Below are positions 11,261 to 23,289 of a stretch of 64,000 nucleotides of DNA, in pieces; the first letter of the stretch is position 1, and each line of letters starts with the position of its first letter. Origin of the DNA: Octopus bimaculoides (Eukaryota); assembly GCF_001194135.2 (NCBI RefSeq), contig NC_068984.1, positions 39,848,775-39,912,774 on the forward strand, in the 5' to 3' direction. Made by a program: the position numbers and the translations under genes. The notes under the pieces are model-generated. The model made no database searches, was not told the DNA's origin, and worked only from the letters and a program-made list of their open reading frames with translations.

Positions 11261-12920
11261 TCATCATCATCATTTAACGTCCACTTTCCATGCTGGCATG
11301 GGTTGGACGGTTTGACTGAGGACTGGTGAGCCAGAGGCTGCACCAGGCTCAATCTGATCTGGCAAAGTTTCTACAGCTGGATGCCCTTCCTTATGCCAAC
11401 CATTCCGAGAGTGTAGTGTGTAATTTTACGAGCTACCGGCATGAGAGCCAGTCAGGCGGTTCTGGCAACAACCACGCTCAAAAGGCGTTTTTTATGTGCT
11501 ACCTGCACTGTAGCCAGTCCAGCGGCACTGGCAACAACCACGCTTGAATGCTGTTTTTCACATGCCATTGGCACGTGCTGGTAAGGTGGTGCTGGCAACG
11601 ATCACAGTCAAATGGTGCTTTTCACATGCCACCAGCACAGGAGCCAATCCATGGCCCTGGCAACAATCACGCTCAGATGTGCTTTTAACGTTCCAGTGGC
11701 ACAAGTGCCAGTCAGGCGGTACTGTCATAGGCCACATCAGCGATTTTGATTTTGATTTCACTTGCCTCAATAGGTCTTCACAAGCAAAGTTTATTGTCCA
11801 ATGAGGGGTAGTCATAAGTGGGCTGGTTACACCCATTGGCATAGGCCATGGGCTATGGTCTCACTTGGCTTGTCGGGTCTTCTCAAGCACAATATATCTC
11901 CAAAGGTCTCAGTCACTAGTCATTGCCGCATTAAGGCCTAATGTTCGAAGGTTGTGCTTCACCACTCATCCTAGGTTTTCCTGAGTCTACCTCTTCCACA
12001 GGTTTCCTCAACTGCTAGGATGTGACACTTTTTCACACAGCTGTCCTCATACATTCGCAACACATGACCATACCAGCACAGTAGTCTATCTTGCACACCA
12101 CATCTGATGCTTCTTAAATCCAACTTTTCTCTCAGAGCACTTACAATCTGTCGTGTATGCACACTGACATTACACATCCAGCGAAGCATACTGGCTTGAT
12201 TCTTCGCAAGCTTACACATGTCCTCAGCAGTCACAGCCCATGTTTCACTGCCATGTAGCAAGGCTGTTCATACACATGCATCATACAGGCTACCTTTTAC
12301 TCTGAGCAAGAGGCCTTTTGTCACCAGCAGAGGTAGGAGCTCTCTGAACTCTGCCCAGGCTATTCTTATTCTAGCAGCTACACTTTCAAAGCATCCACCC
12401 CAGCTACTGACTTGGTCATCTAGGTAACAGAAGCTATCAACTACTTCTAGTTCTTCTCCCTGGAATGTGACAGAAGCTGTTCTCTGCATATTTTCAGTGT
12501 TTATAGCACCTGAGCATTTGCCACATACAAAAACTATCTTCCCAATTAGCCTCCCTTTGATATTGCTGTACTACTTATGTGTCCATAGCTTACACTGGGT
12601 ACATCTTATGGAGTTTCTACCTGTGCCTTTTCTACAGATCGAGTAGGGCTATCTACCTGAAGGGATTTGTGATTTGTGTGCCTTCCTACATACTAAGACT
12701 TTGGCTTTTGCTAGATTGACTCTAAGGCCCTTCGATTCTAGACCTTGCTTCCATACCTGAAACTTTTCCTCTAGTTCTGATAGTGACTCAGCAATTAGAG
12801 CAAGGTCATCAGCATAGAGGAGCTCCGAGGGGCATCCTGTCTTGAATTCCTCTGTTATTGCCTGGAGAACTATGATGAATAAGAGGGGGCTGAGGACTGA
12901 TCTTTGGTGGACCCCTACCC
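11261..12920 (-). mobile_element. 5'-truncated RTE-clade LINE with inactivated RT, long 3' UTR and (TGA)n tail
   Basis: ORF pieces VGVHQRSVLSPLLF...ELLYADDL...VDSFCYL...RIRIAWAEFREL...MLHGSETW...GRGRLRKT with in-frame stops. Candidate 9-bp TSD CTACTGACC (11252-11260) / CTAGTGACC (12921-12929), one mismatch. Confidence 0.92.
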
Positions 12921-12999
12921 CTAGTGACCACATATAGGTTTCCTCAATGGCTCATAAAAAGATAACGACAGTGATGGTGGCACTGATGATCATAATGAT

Positions 13000-13215
13000 G
13001 ATCATCATCATTTAACATCTGTTTACCATGAGCTGGATGGTTTGACAGGAGAGGCTCCAGTTGTCTGTTCTGGTATGGTTTCTATGGCTGAATGCCCTTT
13101 CTAATGCCAACCCTTTTACAGAGTGTAGTGGGTGCTTTTTTATGTGACACCAACACAGTATGGGTGATTTTCACGTGGCACTGGTACAGGTGCCTTTTAC
13201 ATGGAACCAGCAAAT
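13000..13215 (-). mobile_element. RTE 3'-end copy
   Basis: CATCATCATTTAACATC...TTCTATGGCTGAATGCCCTTTCTAATGCCAAC..GTGGGTGCTTTT on +. Confidence 0.7.
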
Positions 13216-14116
13216 GGTGATGACAGCAATTTGAAATCTTGGTGTCCCAAAATACCACAAGCTATTCTATCCTTTGGAGATATCACTGTCGACAAGTTGG
13301 TTGTCCTGGGATGTGGAACAAGTTGATATTTCTTATGACTCTTTGATAGTGTGCTCAAATAATGACTAGTGGAAGTGACAAAGAAATTAATAGATTATTT
13401 GGTAGAGACAGGAAGTTGATAAGAAGGTAATCAAAGTGACTGAGAGATGTTGGTGGAGAGGTGAGTAAAGTAAAAAGTATGAGAAAAAGAGATCAAGAAT
13501 GAGGTATTGTGAGGGCAAGCAATCTGCTTGGCTGTCCTCTCACCAATCACCTCTGCTCCAAGTCCTCATCCACCCATTCACCACACCCTAAACCCATATC
13601 TCTTGTTCACTGTAACTATCTCGTCATCAACTTCCTATCCCAACCATTTCCTTTTTCACTTGCAATCAGCTATTACTTAAGCACACTCTACCAAATGATT
13701 ATACTCCATGTCAAACTTGCAACCAAATTAATTTGCACCCAATAAACTCTCATGGATTTACAATTACCACTATTGCCAACACAGTTCCTTAATAGTTTTT
13801 CCAGATTACACATTCTACTGTTATCTGTTCTCAGCATTACTAAACATGTTTCCAAAATAATCGATAAGTCAATAGCTGCCAACATCTCTACATTTTCAGT
13901 TCCTTTCATAGTAATTCAATAAAATTCTAAAGTCCATTAGGATGTCTTCTTTTACAAAAAGAATCCATAGACTTCAAAGAAAGATTGAACTTCAAGTTGA
14001 AAAAATAGGGCTAGTTAGAAAGTTGTAACTCTAACTACTGAAAATATTAAATATTTCTATAAAAACTAGTGCCACACATTTTTCTAAATCAAAACAATCC
14101 TAAATATATCAATTAC

Positions 14117-14248
14117 CCTTCAGCAACACGACCAAGTTCTCGGAGGTCACTTTCAGTTAAATCATTCGGTGTGTTTTCAAGATGAAGACGAAAGACTTCT
14201 CCTCGTCCAGCAGCATCAGGTAGTGGTATATAAATTCGTTTTTCAAAC
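14117..14248 (-). CDS. VPS4: VPS4 exon 9: (R)[43 protein letters not shown](G)
   Basis: TTTTCAG acceptor, GTAATT donor, 132 nt, phase 2/2; [11 protein letters not shown] motif. Confidence 0.97.
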
Positions 14249-14734
14249 CTGAAAATAGAAATGTTTTGATTTTAAAAAATCAAATACAAACATACATACA
14301 AACAGATTCCATTTATAAGGTATTCAATAACTGACTGTTATTCCTTCACTTAGGATTTGGGTCCAGAATTACAGTGAAACAAAATAATATCTCCAATTAT
14401 ATGCATAACAACCAGTGTTTACAATACAATATCTACATAAAGCTAGGTGAACTCTACTTATATACAACTGAGACAGTAAAATCCATGGAAACTAGAAATG
14501 GCCTGCATCAACAAATACTAAGTACAAAACAAAAAATTCACAAAGGACAACCAATCTACATTATTTTACTATGAGGAGAATAGAAGCAGCCTAACATTTC
14601 CAGCTGAACCCACTATTGCAGAGAGAGATGAAACATTTATTAACAATCTCCAATCAATTTATTTGAAACTATTAAAGACATTCAATTTCTCCTTCTCCAA
14701 GGAGAAAAGAACTCAAGCTGGTCCACATGTAAAG

Positions 14735-14925
14735 TACCCATGCTGGTACTGCATAAAAAGCACCCAGCACACTCTGTAAAGTAGTTGACATTAGGAAGGA
14801 CATCCAGCTGTAGAAACTAGGTCAAATCAGGCAGGAACCTGATACTGCTCTCCAGCTTACTAGCTCTGGTCAAACTGTGAAACCCATGCCAGCATGAAAA
14901 ATGGACATCAAATGATGATGATGAA
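14735..14925 (+). mobile_element. RTE 3'-end copy
   Basis: AAAAGCACCCAGCACACTCTGTAAAG..TTAGGAAGGACATCCAGCTGTAGAAAC...CCCATGCCAGCATG..AAATGATGATGATGA. Confidence 0.78.
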
Positions 14926-15357
14926 GAAAGAGTTCCGCTCAAAATGTTAGACCTGTCTTCTTCCTCAAGGTAAAATAAAGTTATGTGATTTTATGAACAT
15001 TTATTAGTTATATAGATTATGTATATAATAGTACTTAAATACAGCTAGATGGACTGAGTCAATGCCAAGAAAGTAATGCTGTACTGATGCCATAGTATAA
15101 ACAACTCTTTACAAGTACACTAACTCATTACTCAGCGCTGCCTGTCTATTTTTTCCAATTGACTTAGAAAGACTTGTATCTAAAACAAATAGCAACTCAC
15201 CATCTAATAATTAAAAAAATGAAAAGCAAACACATTATTGTTGATCAAACAACTAATAAGGAAGCTAACAAAAGAAAAACTGAACTGACTACTAAAAACT
15301 TAAAATGGTAATTTATTTAATACGAAAATTTTCACTTTGGAGAAAATGTAATTTTAC

Positions 15358-15588
15358 CTCCTTCTGATGGCGGAATCCAAAGTCCAGGGGATATTGGTAG
15401 CAGCCAACACTAAAACTCCATCATTATTTGTACCAACACCCTGCATCTGTGTAAGAAATTCTGTCTTGATTCTACGGGCTGATTCTGATTCAGTATCTGT
15501 TCTTGATCCACACAATGCATCCACTTCATCAATAAAAATAATACTTGGCTTCTGGTCTCGCGCTAAATCAAAAAGTGTTCGCACTAAT
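15358..15588 (-). CDS. VPS4: VPS4 exon 8 (Walker B, SRH): (K)[76 protein letters not shown](R)
   Basis: TTTCAG acceptor, AG/GTAAAA donor, 231 nt, phase 2/2; matches the ORF track at 15354-15584. Confidence 0.98.
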
Positions 15589-15764
15589 CTGAAACAAAAT
15601 ACAAATTTCCATTAAACAAAGGAAGAAAGCTTGAATTATTAAAAAGAGGTAAAAGAAAATGCAGGATTACTCGGTAACAAATAAAAATAAGACAGTAAGA
15701 AAAAAATAAACCCTCAAAGCATCATAAATGCAATGTAAGGGTCATCAAACATAGATTGGCTTAA

Positions 15765-16030
15765 CATCATTATTTAGCACCCATTTTCCATGTTGACATG
15801 GGTTAGAAGGTTTGACTGGGACTGGTAAGCTGGAGGGCTGTACCAGGTTCCAGTCTGATTTGGCTTGGTTTCTATAGCTGGATACCCTTCCTAACACCAA
15901 CTATTCCAAGAGTGTATGGGAAGCTTTTGACATGTCATCATCATGGATGCCTTTTATGTGTCACCATCACAGGTGCCTTTTACAAGTCACTGTTACAAGT
16001 GCCTTTTACACGTCACCAGTACTGTCCATG
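15765..16030 (-). mobile_element. RTE 3'-end copy with about 24-bp internal repeats
   Basis: CATCATTATTTAGCACC..TTTCCATG...CTATAGCTGGATACCCTTCC; then TGCCTTTTA repeated three times. Confidence 0.75.
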
Positions 16031-16161
16031 ACTACATTTTGTGTCAATCAACAGCAATAATATTTACCAGTATAATCCTGTTATTTACATGAATAATCAA
16101 TACTATCCAAAATTATGCTGTTTTACCAAATTTTCTGTTAGCCTCATGCACTGCAACTAAC

Positions 16162-16796
16162 GGATTTTGTTCAAAACGGGGGCACCAGTTTTCATTTATG
16201 TTTTATGTAGTGTTTTTGGTACCGAAAGACTTTCTAATTTCGTATACTTATTTATTTTGTGTTATAGAACAGAAAAAAATTTTTGTATTCGAATTTATTT
16301 CATGTAAAAAATTGTCTTATTTCGATAATTTCTACTAATCACTGACGTCTATTCAGTTGAAAACAGTTAGCGCTGTAACGGTGTATATCGTATTAATCCC
16401 CGTTAGTTCTGACATTTCCGATTAACTAGACTGTTAACCCTAACCCTAACTCTAGAATCCGAACTCTAAAATTGTTACACACATAGATACGCACAGCGTA
16501 ATTTATTATATAAACAATATATGCGTATAAATTACGATTAAACCGGATGAAATATGTCACAGGGAATAACATTTTTATGACCGGCCAGCAGTAACTCTAT
16601 TCAGCTGAATAGACGTCAGTGATTGGTTGAAATTACAGAAATACGACAACTTTAACATGAAATAACTTGCGATGTACGTTTTTTTGTTAAGAAGACTAAG
16701 AGAAAAAGATGTTTTATATGACACATTCTACCAGTGTCCCAAGTTTCAAAGTGTTTCGTTAAGAAAATACTGGTGCCCCCGTTTTGAACAAGATCC
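16162..16796. mobile_element. Non-autonomous DNA transposon (MITE), Merlin-like
   Basis: 28-bp TIR GGA(T/C)TTGTTCAAAACGGGGGCACCAGT with 1 mismatch; exact 8-bp TSD CAACTAAC at 16154-16161 and 16797-16804; internal sub-terminal inverted repeats. Confidence 0.9.
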
Positions 16797-17330
16797 CAAC
16801 TAACTTTTAAAGCTGAGCATTTAGTTGGTTTAATTGAAAAAAGATCTCATCTCATTTCTTTTTGAATGGAATGGTCTGGAAGAAAGGATGCATCCATGAC
16901 CTTTGCAAGCACTCTAAGTGAACAAACACTAGTAAGGACATTGCCATGCATCTACATTTCTATTATAACAAAACATAAGCAGCTTTATTGTATCTCTGGT
17001 CCCTTTCAATATGATTAGGGACATAGATGGTACCACTCATTTGTACTGTAAAATGAAAACAATATTCCTTTAATATTAGAATGGGAAGAAATGAATCCAA
17101 AGACAATCTTCAGTGACATGTCATTGATAATAATTAAATAATTAAATAATAATACCTTTCCTTAGCTGATTACATTTATATTTTCTTCTATTCCATTTCT
17201 TGGACAAAGCACACAATTTGTATTCAGTTTAACATCTCTCTCATTTAACTTTATCATCTAGTATTCCTACATCAATACACACGCACACACACAAACAACA
17301 TTATGTAATATATTTAAGATAAAGACATCA

Positions 17331-17519
<189 letters not shown>

Positions 17520-18287
17520 CTACAGAATTCCAACTAAAATATTACATTAAATAAACAGTAATTTAACAAAGAGGGGAACTAATTAGCAGAGGTTTGTTAT
17601 GTAAATCAACCAATCTAAGTGTTTAGTTCATTTACTATGAAAAGAATTTCTAAAATTGCTAATATAAAGGTTGGAATCAGTTGAGAAAATGACTTATTTG
17701 AGAATTTAAAGAACAACTATACATTTAAATATATATCATTAAATTAACTATTTCTACAAAGAAGTAAAAACAGCTATATTTACAAAAGGTACAAATATAT
17801 AAGTTTGAATAAACAGTTAACATTGTACTTAAATCAAACATCTTAAGTCATGTGTAGTATTAACTTTAAAAAAATGCACTGTTTGGAATCTAAATTAACA
17901 TAAAATTCTGATGGAAGTGTTTAATTTGGATAATAAATGGAACAGTCTCAGGTGGGTCAGAAAATAAGAATGATAAAACTAGTATTCTCTTAATCTTTAT
18001 ATTCTTCATTTTATTTAATTATTTCAACAGTCACTTATATTAGAAATTCAACACTACTCTACCTTCAGTATTTTCAAAAAACAAAAAAGTATCCATAATT
18101 TATGAAAAGGATCCAAAATTTAAGACCTTGTGGTCTAGCATAAAACATAGCAAATGACTGAAACAGTTTATCTCTAAATCCTTATATAGTTTAATATGCA
18201 TCATATTACACATTACTAAAACGGTATAATAGAAAATACAAACACAACAAAGAAAAACATTGAATAAGAAAAAAATGAAATCAATAC

Positions 18288-18325
18288 CCCAAATAATAGT
18301 ATTCCTCTCCAAGGTTTTCTTTTAC
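18288..18325 (-). CDS. VPS4: VPS4 exon 6 (38-nt mini-exon): (G)KRKPWRGILLFG
   Basis: TGCAG acceptor, GTATTG donor, phase 1/0; supplies the segment missing between exons 5 and 7. Confidence 0.94.
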
Positions 18326-18539
18326 CTGCATTACAAAACAAATGAGAAATGTAACCAATATTATAAAGGATCAATTAATGTTGTCTTTTTCTCTTTTAAT
18401 CACCTAACAGTAAATATCAGCGGTGCTAGTAACAGGATACAAACTGTTGACATAATAACCAACTCATGTAGCTACAACTTTCAATAACTGTAAACTATTA
18501 ACATTCACTTTTCCTTCATAACAATTTATAACAAAACAC

Positions 18540-18692
18540 ACATCACTGTCATCGCTATCATTTAGCATCCATCTTCCATGCTAGCATGCATGGGTAAGAT
18601 GGTTTAACTGGGGCTCATAAGCTGGAGAGCTGCATCAGGCTCCAGTCTGTTTTGGCTTGCTTTCTACAGCTGGATGCCCTTCCTAATGCCAA
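18540..18692 (-). mobile_element. RTE 3'-end copy
   Basis: TTCCATGCTAGCATG...CTACAGCTGGATGCCCTTCCTAATGCCAA on +. Confidence 0.75.
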
Positions 18693-18980
18693 AACACATT
18701 TATATATATATTTGTTCATTTTTACATCTACTTTACTATGCTAGAATGGGTTAATCAAATATATTACTGGGACATTGTCTTACAACAGGATGCCTTCCTT
18801 GTTGCTAACCCATAACTGTTTTTCATGTAAGGGATTTCTTATTTTGTAGATCTTTGGTGGCACAAAGCCAGTGGATGGTTTGTTAACAAAGGAAATGATG
18901 TCATCACTTGTTGCGCAGTGGTTTTTCAGAGAAATGCAAATGTAAACAAACGCAGGCACACATGAGCATGCTCATGCAAT

Positions 18981-19760
18981 CATCATCATCATCATCATCA
19001 TCATCGTTTAACGTCTGCTTTCCATGCTAGCATGGGTTAGACGATTTGGCTGAGGACTGGTGAAACTGGATGGCAACACCAGCCTCCAATCTGATTTGGC
19101 AGAGTTTCTACAGCTGGATGCCCTTCCTAATGCCAACCACTCAGAGAGTGTAGTGGGTGCTTTTACGTGTCACCCGCACGAAGGCCAGTCAGGCGGTACT
19201 GGCAACGGCCACGCTCAAAATGGTGTATTTTATGTGCCACTCACACAAGAGCTAGTCCAGGGGCACTGGCAGCGATCTCGCTCGAAAATCCTACGAAGGC
19301 CAGTCAGGCGGTACTGGCAACGGCCACGCTCAAAATGGTGCATTTTATGTGCCACCCGCACANNNNNNNNNNTGGCTGAGGACTGGTGAAACTGGATGGC
19401 AACACCAGCCTCCAATCTGATTTGGCAGAGTTTCTACAGCTGGATGCCCTTCCTAATGCCAACCACTCAGAGAGTGTAGTGGGTGCTTTTACGTGTCACC
19501 CGCACGAAGGCCAGTCAGGCGGTACTGGCAACGGCCACGCTCAAAATGGTGTATTTTATGTGCCACTCACACAAGAGCTAGTCCAGGGGCACTGGCAGCG
19601 ATCTCGCTCGAAAATCCTACGAAGGCCAGTCAGGCGGTACTGGCAACGGCCACGCTCAAAATGGTGCATTTTATGTGCCACCCGCACAAGAGCCAGTCCA
19701 GGGGCACTGGCAACGATCTCACTCGAAAATCCTACGAAAGCCAGTCAGGCGGTACTGGCA
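18981..19760 (-). mobile_element. Young RTE 3'-UTR copy with about 115-bp internal repeat; duplicated across an N gap
   Basis: (CAT)8 tail, near-consensus sequence with CpGs preserved; 19047-19362 is repeated at 19373-19688. Confidence 0.88.
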
Positions 19761-19789
19761 ATATATACATATATTTATAGAGAGAGTTA

Positions 19790-22700
19790 GCGGCTATAGT
19801 AACCGACTAAGCGATAAAATATCCGTATATACTATCAGTATCCGTAACCTGTATTATCCCCAGGCGATGGTGTGCAGGCACACCATACACGTTGAGTGCA
19901 GGTAACAACAGGATAAACAAGAGTTTATCAGGAACCAATGCAAGTAATTAGAAAATGGAGAAAACCATAGATTAACCAACACATCGACTGGACCACATTT
20001 ATAGCTTATTTATTATTACAATGCATGACAAGACAAATCTTACAGCTGTTTCTAATCAGATTATCAGAATGCAGTCTATACATAAATGCAAGAATAAAAT
20101 TCTTCATCTACATAGGGCATTTGAATTAAGGCAACAGATCTTCATCAGAGTGAACTTATTCACTGTGAAATCCTTCAAAAATATAAAGTAGTCCCTAAGA
20201 GTATCCTCAAAACAATCAACTTAGAGGTCAAAAAGATTATGTTAGAGTATAATACTGATGACCGAACTGAACCATTTACACCGATTTGACCTGGTATAAC
20301 TATTAAGGACCATAAAGATAATTATCCACATAACACCAAGGTCGGATTAATATGCCCCAATAAGTCAGACTTAGGTAAGGTTAGCAAAGCAATCTCAGAT
20401 AAGTATATACCAACCGTTAAGATGAAAACTGTGGACCAGAAAGGACACCCTGACTTCTTTGATGTAACTGTGGGAGCCTCGGACTCAGCTGAGGTAAGTG
20501 ACCTCGTGGGTATTTACCTCTTAGATAACATCTATAGAGAATTCCCTGAACTCACAGGAGGCCTATATAGAGATGATGTACTCTTCCTTATTAAAAGCAT
20601 CTCCAATAGATGCCTAGAATTAATCTAAAAACACCTGTATAAATTCTTCAATAGATTCGGCCTCTCCATTACTATAGAGAATGAAAACTACTTCATCAAT
20701 TACTTAGACGCTAACTGTGATTTAAATACAGATTTACACCAACCTTATATGAAACCTAACTCCAATCTTAAGTATATAAACTATCAAAGTAACTATCCAC
20801 AATCAGTAAAAAGGGCTTTAATTAGAAGCATTAGTAAAAGGATTTCCTATCTCTCATCTAACAAGGACATATTTGATAGTCATAAGGATAGGTACAATAA
20901 GGCTCTTAAGGATGCCAGCTATAGAGTAGAATTAAATATATCCCACATGAGCGGGAAAGGAATAACGAATATGATAATTGCAACATTATTGCGCATAACC
21001 ATGTAAAAAGACACAGGTAGCAGTAACAAATGACACTAACATGACTAAATTTAGTAACTGCATGAATAACTACAAAAATTATAGTAACTCACAAGGTAGG
21101 TCCACGAGGGTCAATGCACGCAGGAAAAGTAACATCTATAAGCACACCACCCACAAAGTAACTACCAGCAAATCGGGAGATAAGATCTGGTGTACAATCC
21201 CTTTTGTAATGCAAATAAGGATGAACTTAGCATAGCAATTAATGAATGTCGTAAATAGACGCCTTGACATGAAAATAGGTATTCCAATCTTATAAATAGC
21301 AGTTACAACCTTACACATAATTTAGGGAGCATAATATCCTCCCTGAATAATAATAAATTATATAATTTCAACTCAAATAGAAACAAATATGGTACAGATG
21401 GCGGTATTAGAAATAATAATAATAATAATAATCACGACCTCCAACCTCAGTACAGAATACTCTCAGAACCAAAATAACCACTTTAACCTCAAAAAACCTA
21501 ATCCTACCCCACTAGGAAGCTATTCCCCCCTGCAAGATAACCTATGTGACTGTGGGAACAGGAATAATTGTGCATTTGGTAACACCTGTAGAATTAAGGA
21601 CACTAAGTATCAATGCACAGTCACAACAAAGTCTAGCAAATGGAGTTATATTGGTGCAACCCAAAATGAAATAAAACGAAGACTGGCTGTGCACCAGCAT
21701 TCTTTTAGAAACAGAAACTTAATTCGACTGGCTGAAGTAGGTACATTTGGGAGCTCAAAGACAGTAACATTAGCTTCACATTAAATTGGGAGATCCTTGC
21801 TACCGCATCTTCGTATAATGAAAAAAATAGAAAGTGTCACCCTTGCATAAATGAGATCTTTTATATTCTAACAGTACAAATTCCGTTAGTGAACCTGAGA
21901 GTTGAGTGAAGTATAGCTTGCCTGCATAAAGGTAGGTCTACTTTCGATAAATATAAATAACACTAGAAATGGGTACAAAGAATACATTTGGAGTTAATAC
22001 ACTTTTGTTTATAATTTTAACGATTAGATTTAATTAGTATTTTTTCTCTCTTTGAGCATTTGTTTTTGCTTCTTAGGCTTATTTAATAAATTGCTTATTT
22101 CAAGGTTACTTTTCTTATAGGATCAACCGACATGTGGTCTCTGCATTAATTTGTACCCATTAGTGCCATTATATTCTTTTATACTGGTTTATTTCAGCAT
22201 TTGACTTGGCCTTAAATATTATCCGTCTAACTGTCAGTGCCATTTTATTTGTGCATTGTAGAGCACCTATGGGATATATTTTCCTTATATACCTCATTAT
22301 TACTACAATTCACTATATACAAGGTTTAGCCCCCTTTCTCCCCCCCACCCCGCCCTCACTAGTTCTCATAGAACCGCTGACTTACCAGGACCTGTTGCCT
22401 CCCCTTAACCACAAACTTGTTAGTCTCACAATTCCTTCCCTCTTGCATGTTTTAACTTTAAGATGCTGTAAGACATAAACGGCCCTTAATATCTATTCAT
22501 TAACTTATCTCCCATGCCTTTTTCCCTTCCTTTCTTTTCTTTATTTATAAACAAATCCTTTGTAACAGTTTTAACTTGTAACCTCCGTTTCAAATTGTAA
22601 CTGACCAATGTAGAAACTACCGGACTTAGACATACCCCACTGTGGATCATAGGCAGGGTTTCTTGGTATTAATCCCTGTGAATAAATTTTTTCTGTAGCA

Positions 22701-23240
22701 CCCTACGATAATTGTTTACTTTTACTTAAGTTTTCCCCATTAACATAGGTGTGACCTTTGATAATTATGTTAATATTTTCTTTACATAGAGTTTCTTGAT
22801 AACTTTTTTTTTTTTTAAACCCTGACCCCCACCTTCTAATTGTACCCACCCATTTATAATTTGTAGTATTCCCTAGACTTTTTATAGCCCACTCTTTCAT
22901 CTACGCTCTTGTAGCCCTGATGGCAAATTTATCTGCACTTAAGATATTGGGCTTCTAGACTATTTGTCTAAGCCATGTTTTCTTTCCTTGTCATTCTTCC
23001 TTTTGTTTATATTGTATGCTCTTGTTTTTCACTCTGATGAAGATCTGTTGCCTTAATTCAAATGCCCTATGTAGATGAAGAATTTTATTCTTGCATTTAT
23101 GTATAGACTGCATTCTGGTAATCTGATTAGAAACAACTGTAAGATTTGTCTTGTCATGCTTTGTATTAATAAATAAGCTATAAATGTGGTCCAATCGATG
23201 TGTTGGTTAATCTATGGTTTTCTCCATTTTCTCATTACTT
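19790..23240 (+). mobile_element. Decayed Penelope-like retroelement (RT plus C-terminal GIY-YIG) with inverted duplication of its 5' ORF region
   Basis: RT motifs FFDVTVGASDSAEVSDLVGIYLL and GGLYRDDVL (20422-20628), thumb MKPNSNLKYINYQSNYP, GIY-YIG C..KDTKYQC...WSYIGATQNEIKRRLAVHQHSFRN (21389-21784). 213-bp inverted repeat at 19942-20154 / 23028-23240. Confidence 0.88.
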
Positions 23241-23252
23241 ATATATATATTT

Positions 23253-23289
<37 letters not shown>

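Noticed and set aside
22910-22960. AGCCC-TGATGG...GGGCT near the Penelope 3' region as a ribozyme
   Set aside because: Core is CUGAUGG and there is no GAAA or NUH segment; cannot be built into a hammerhead by eye.
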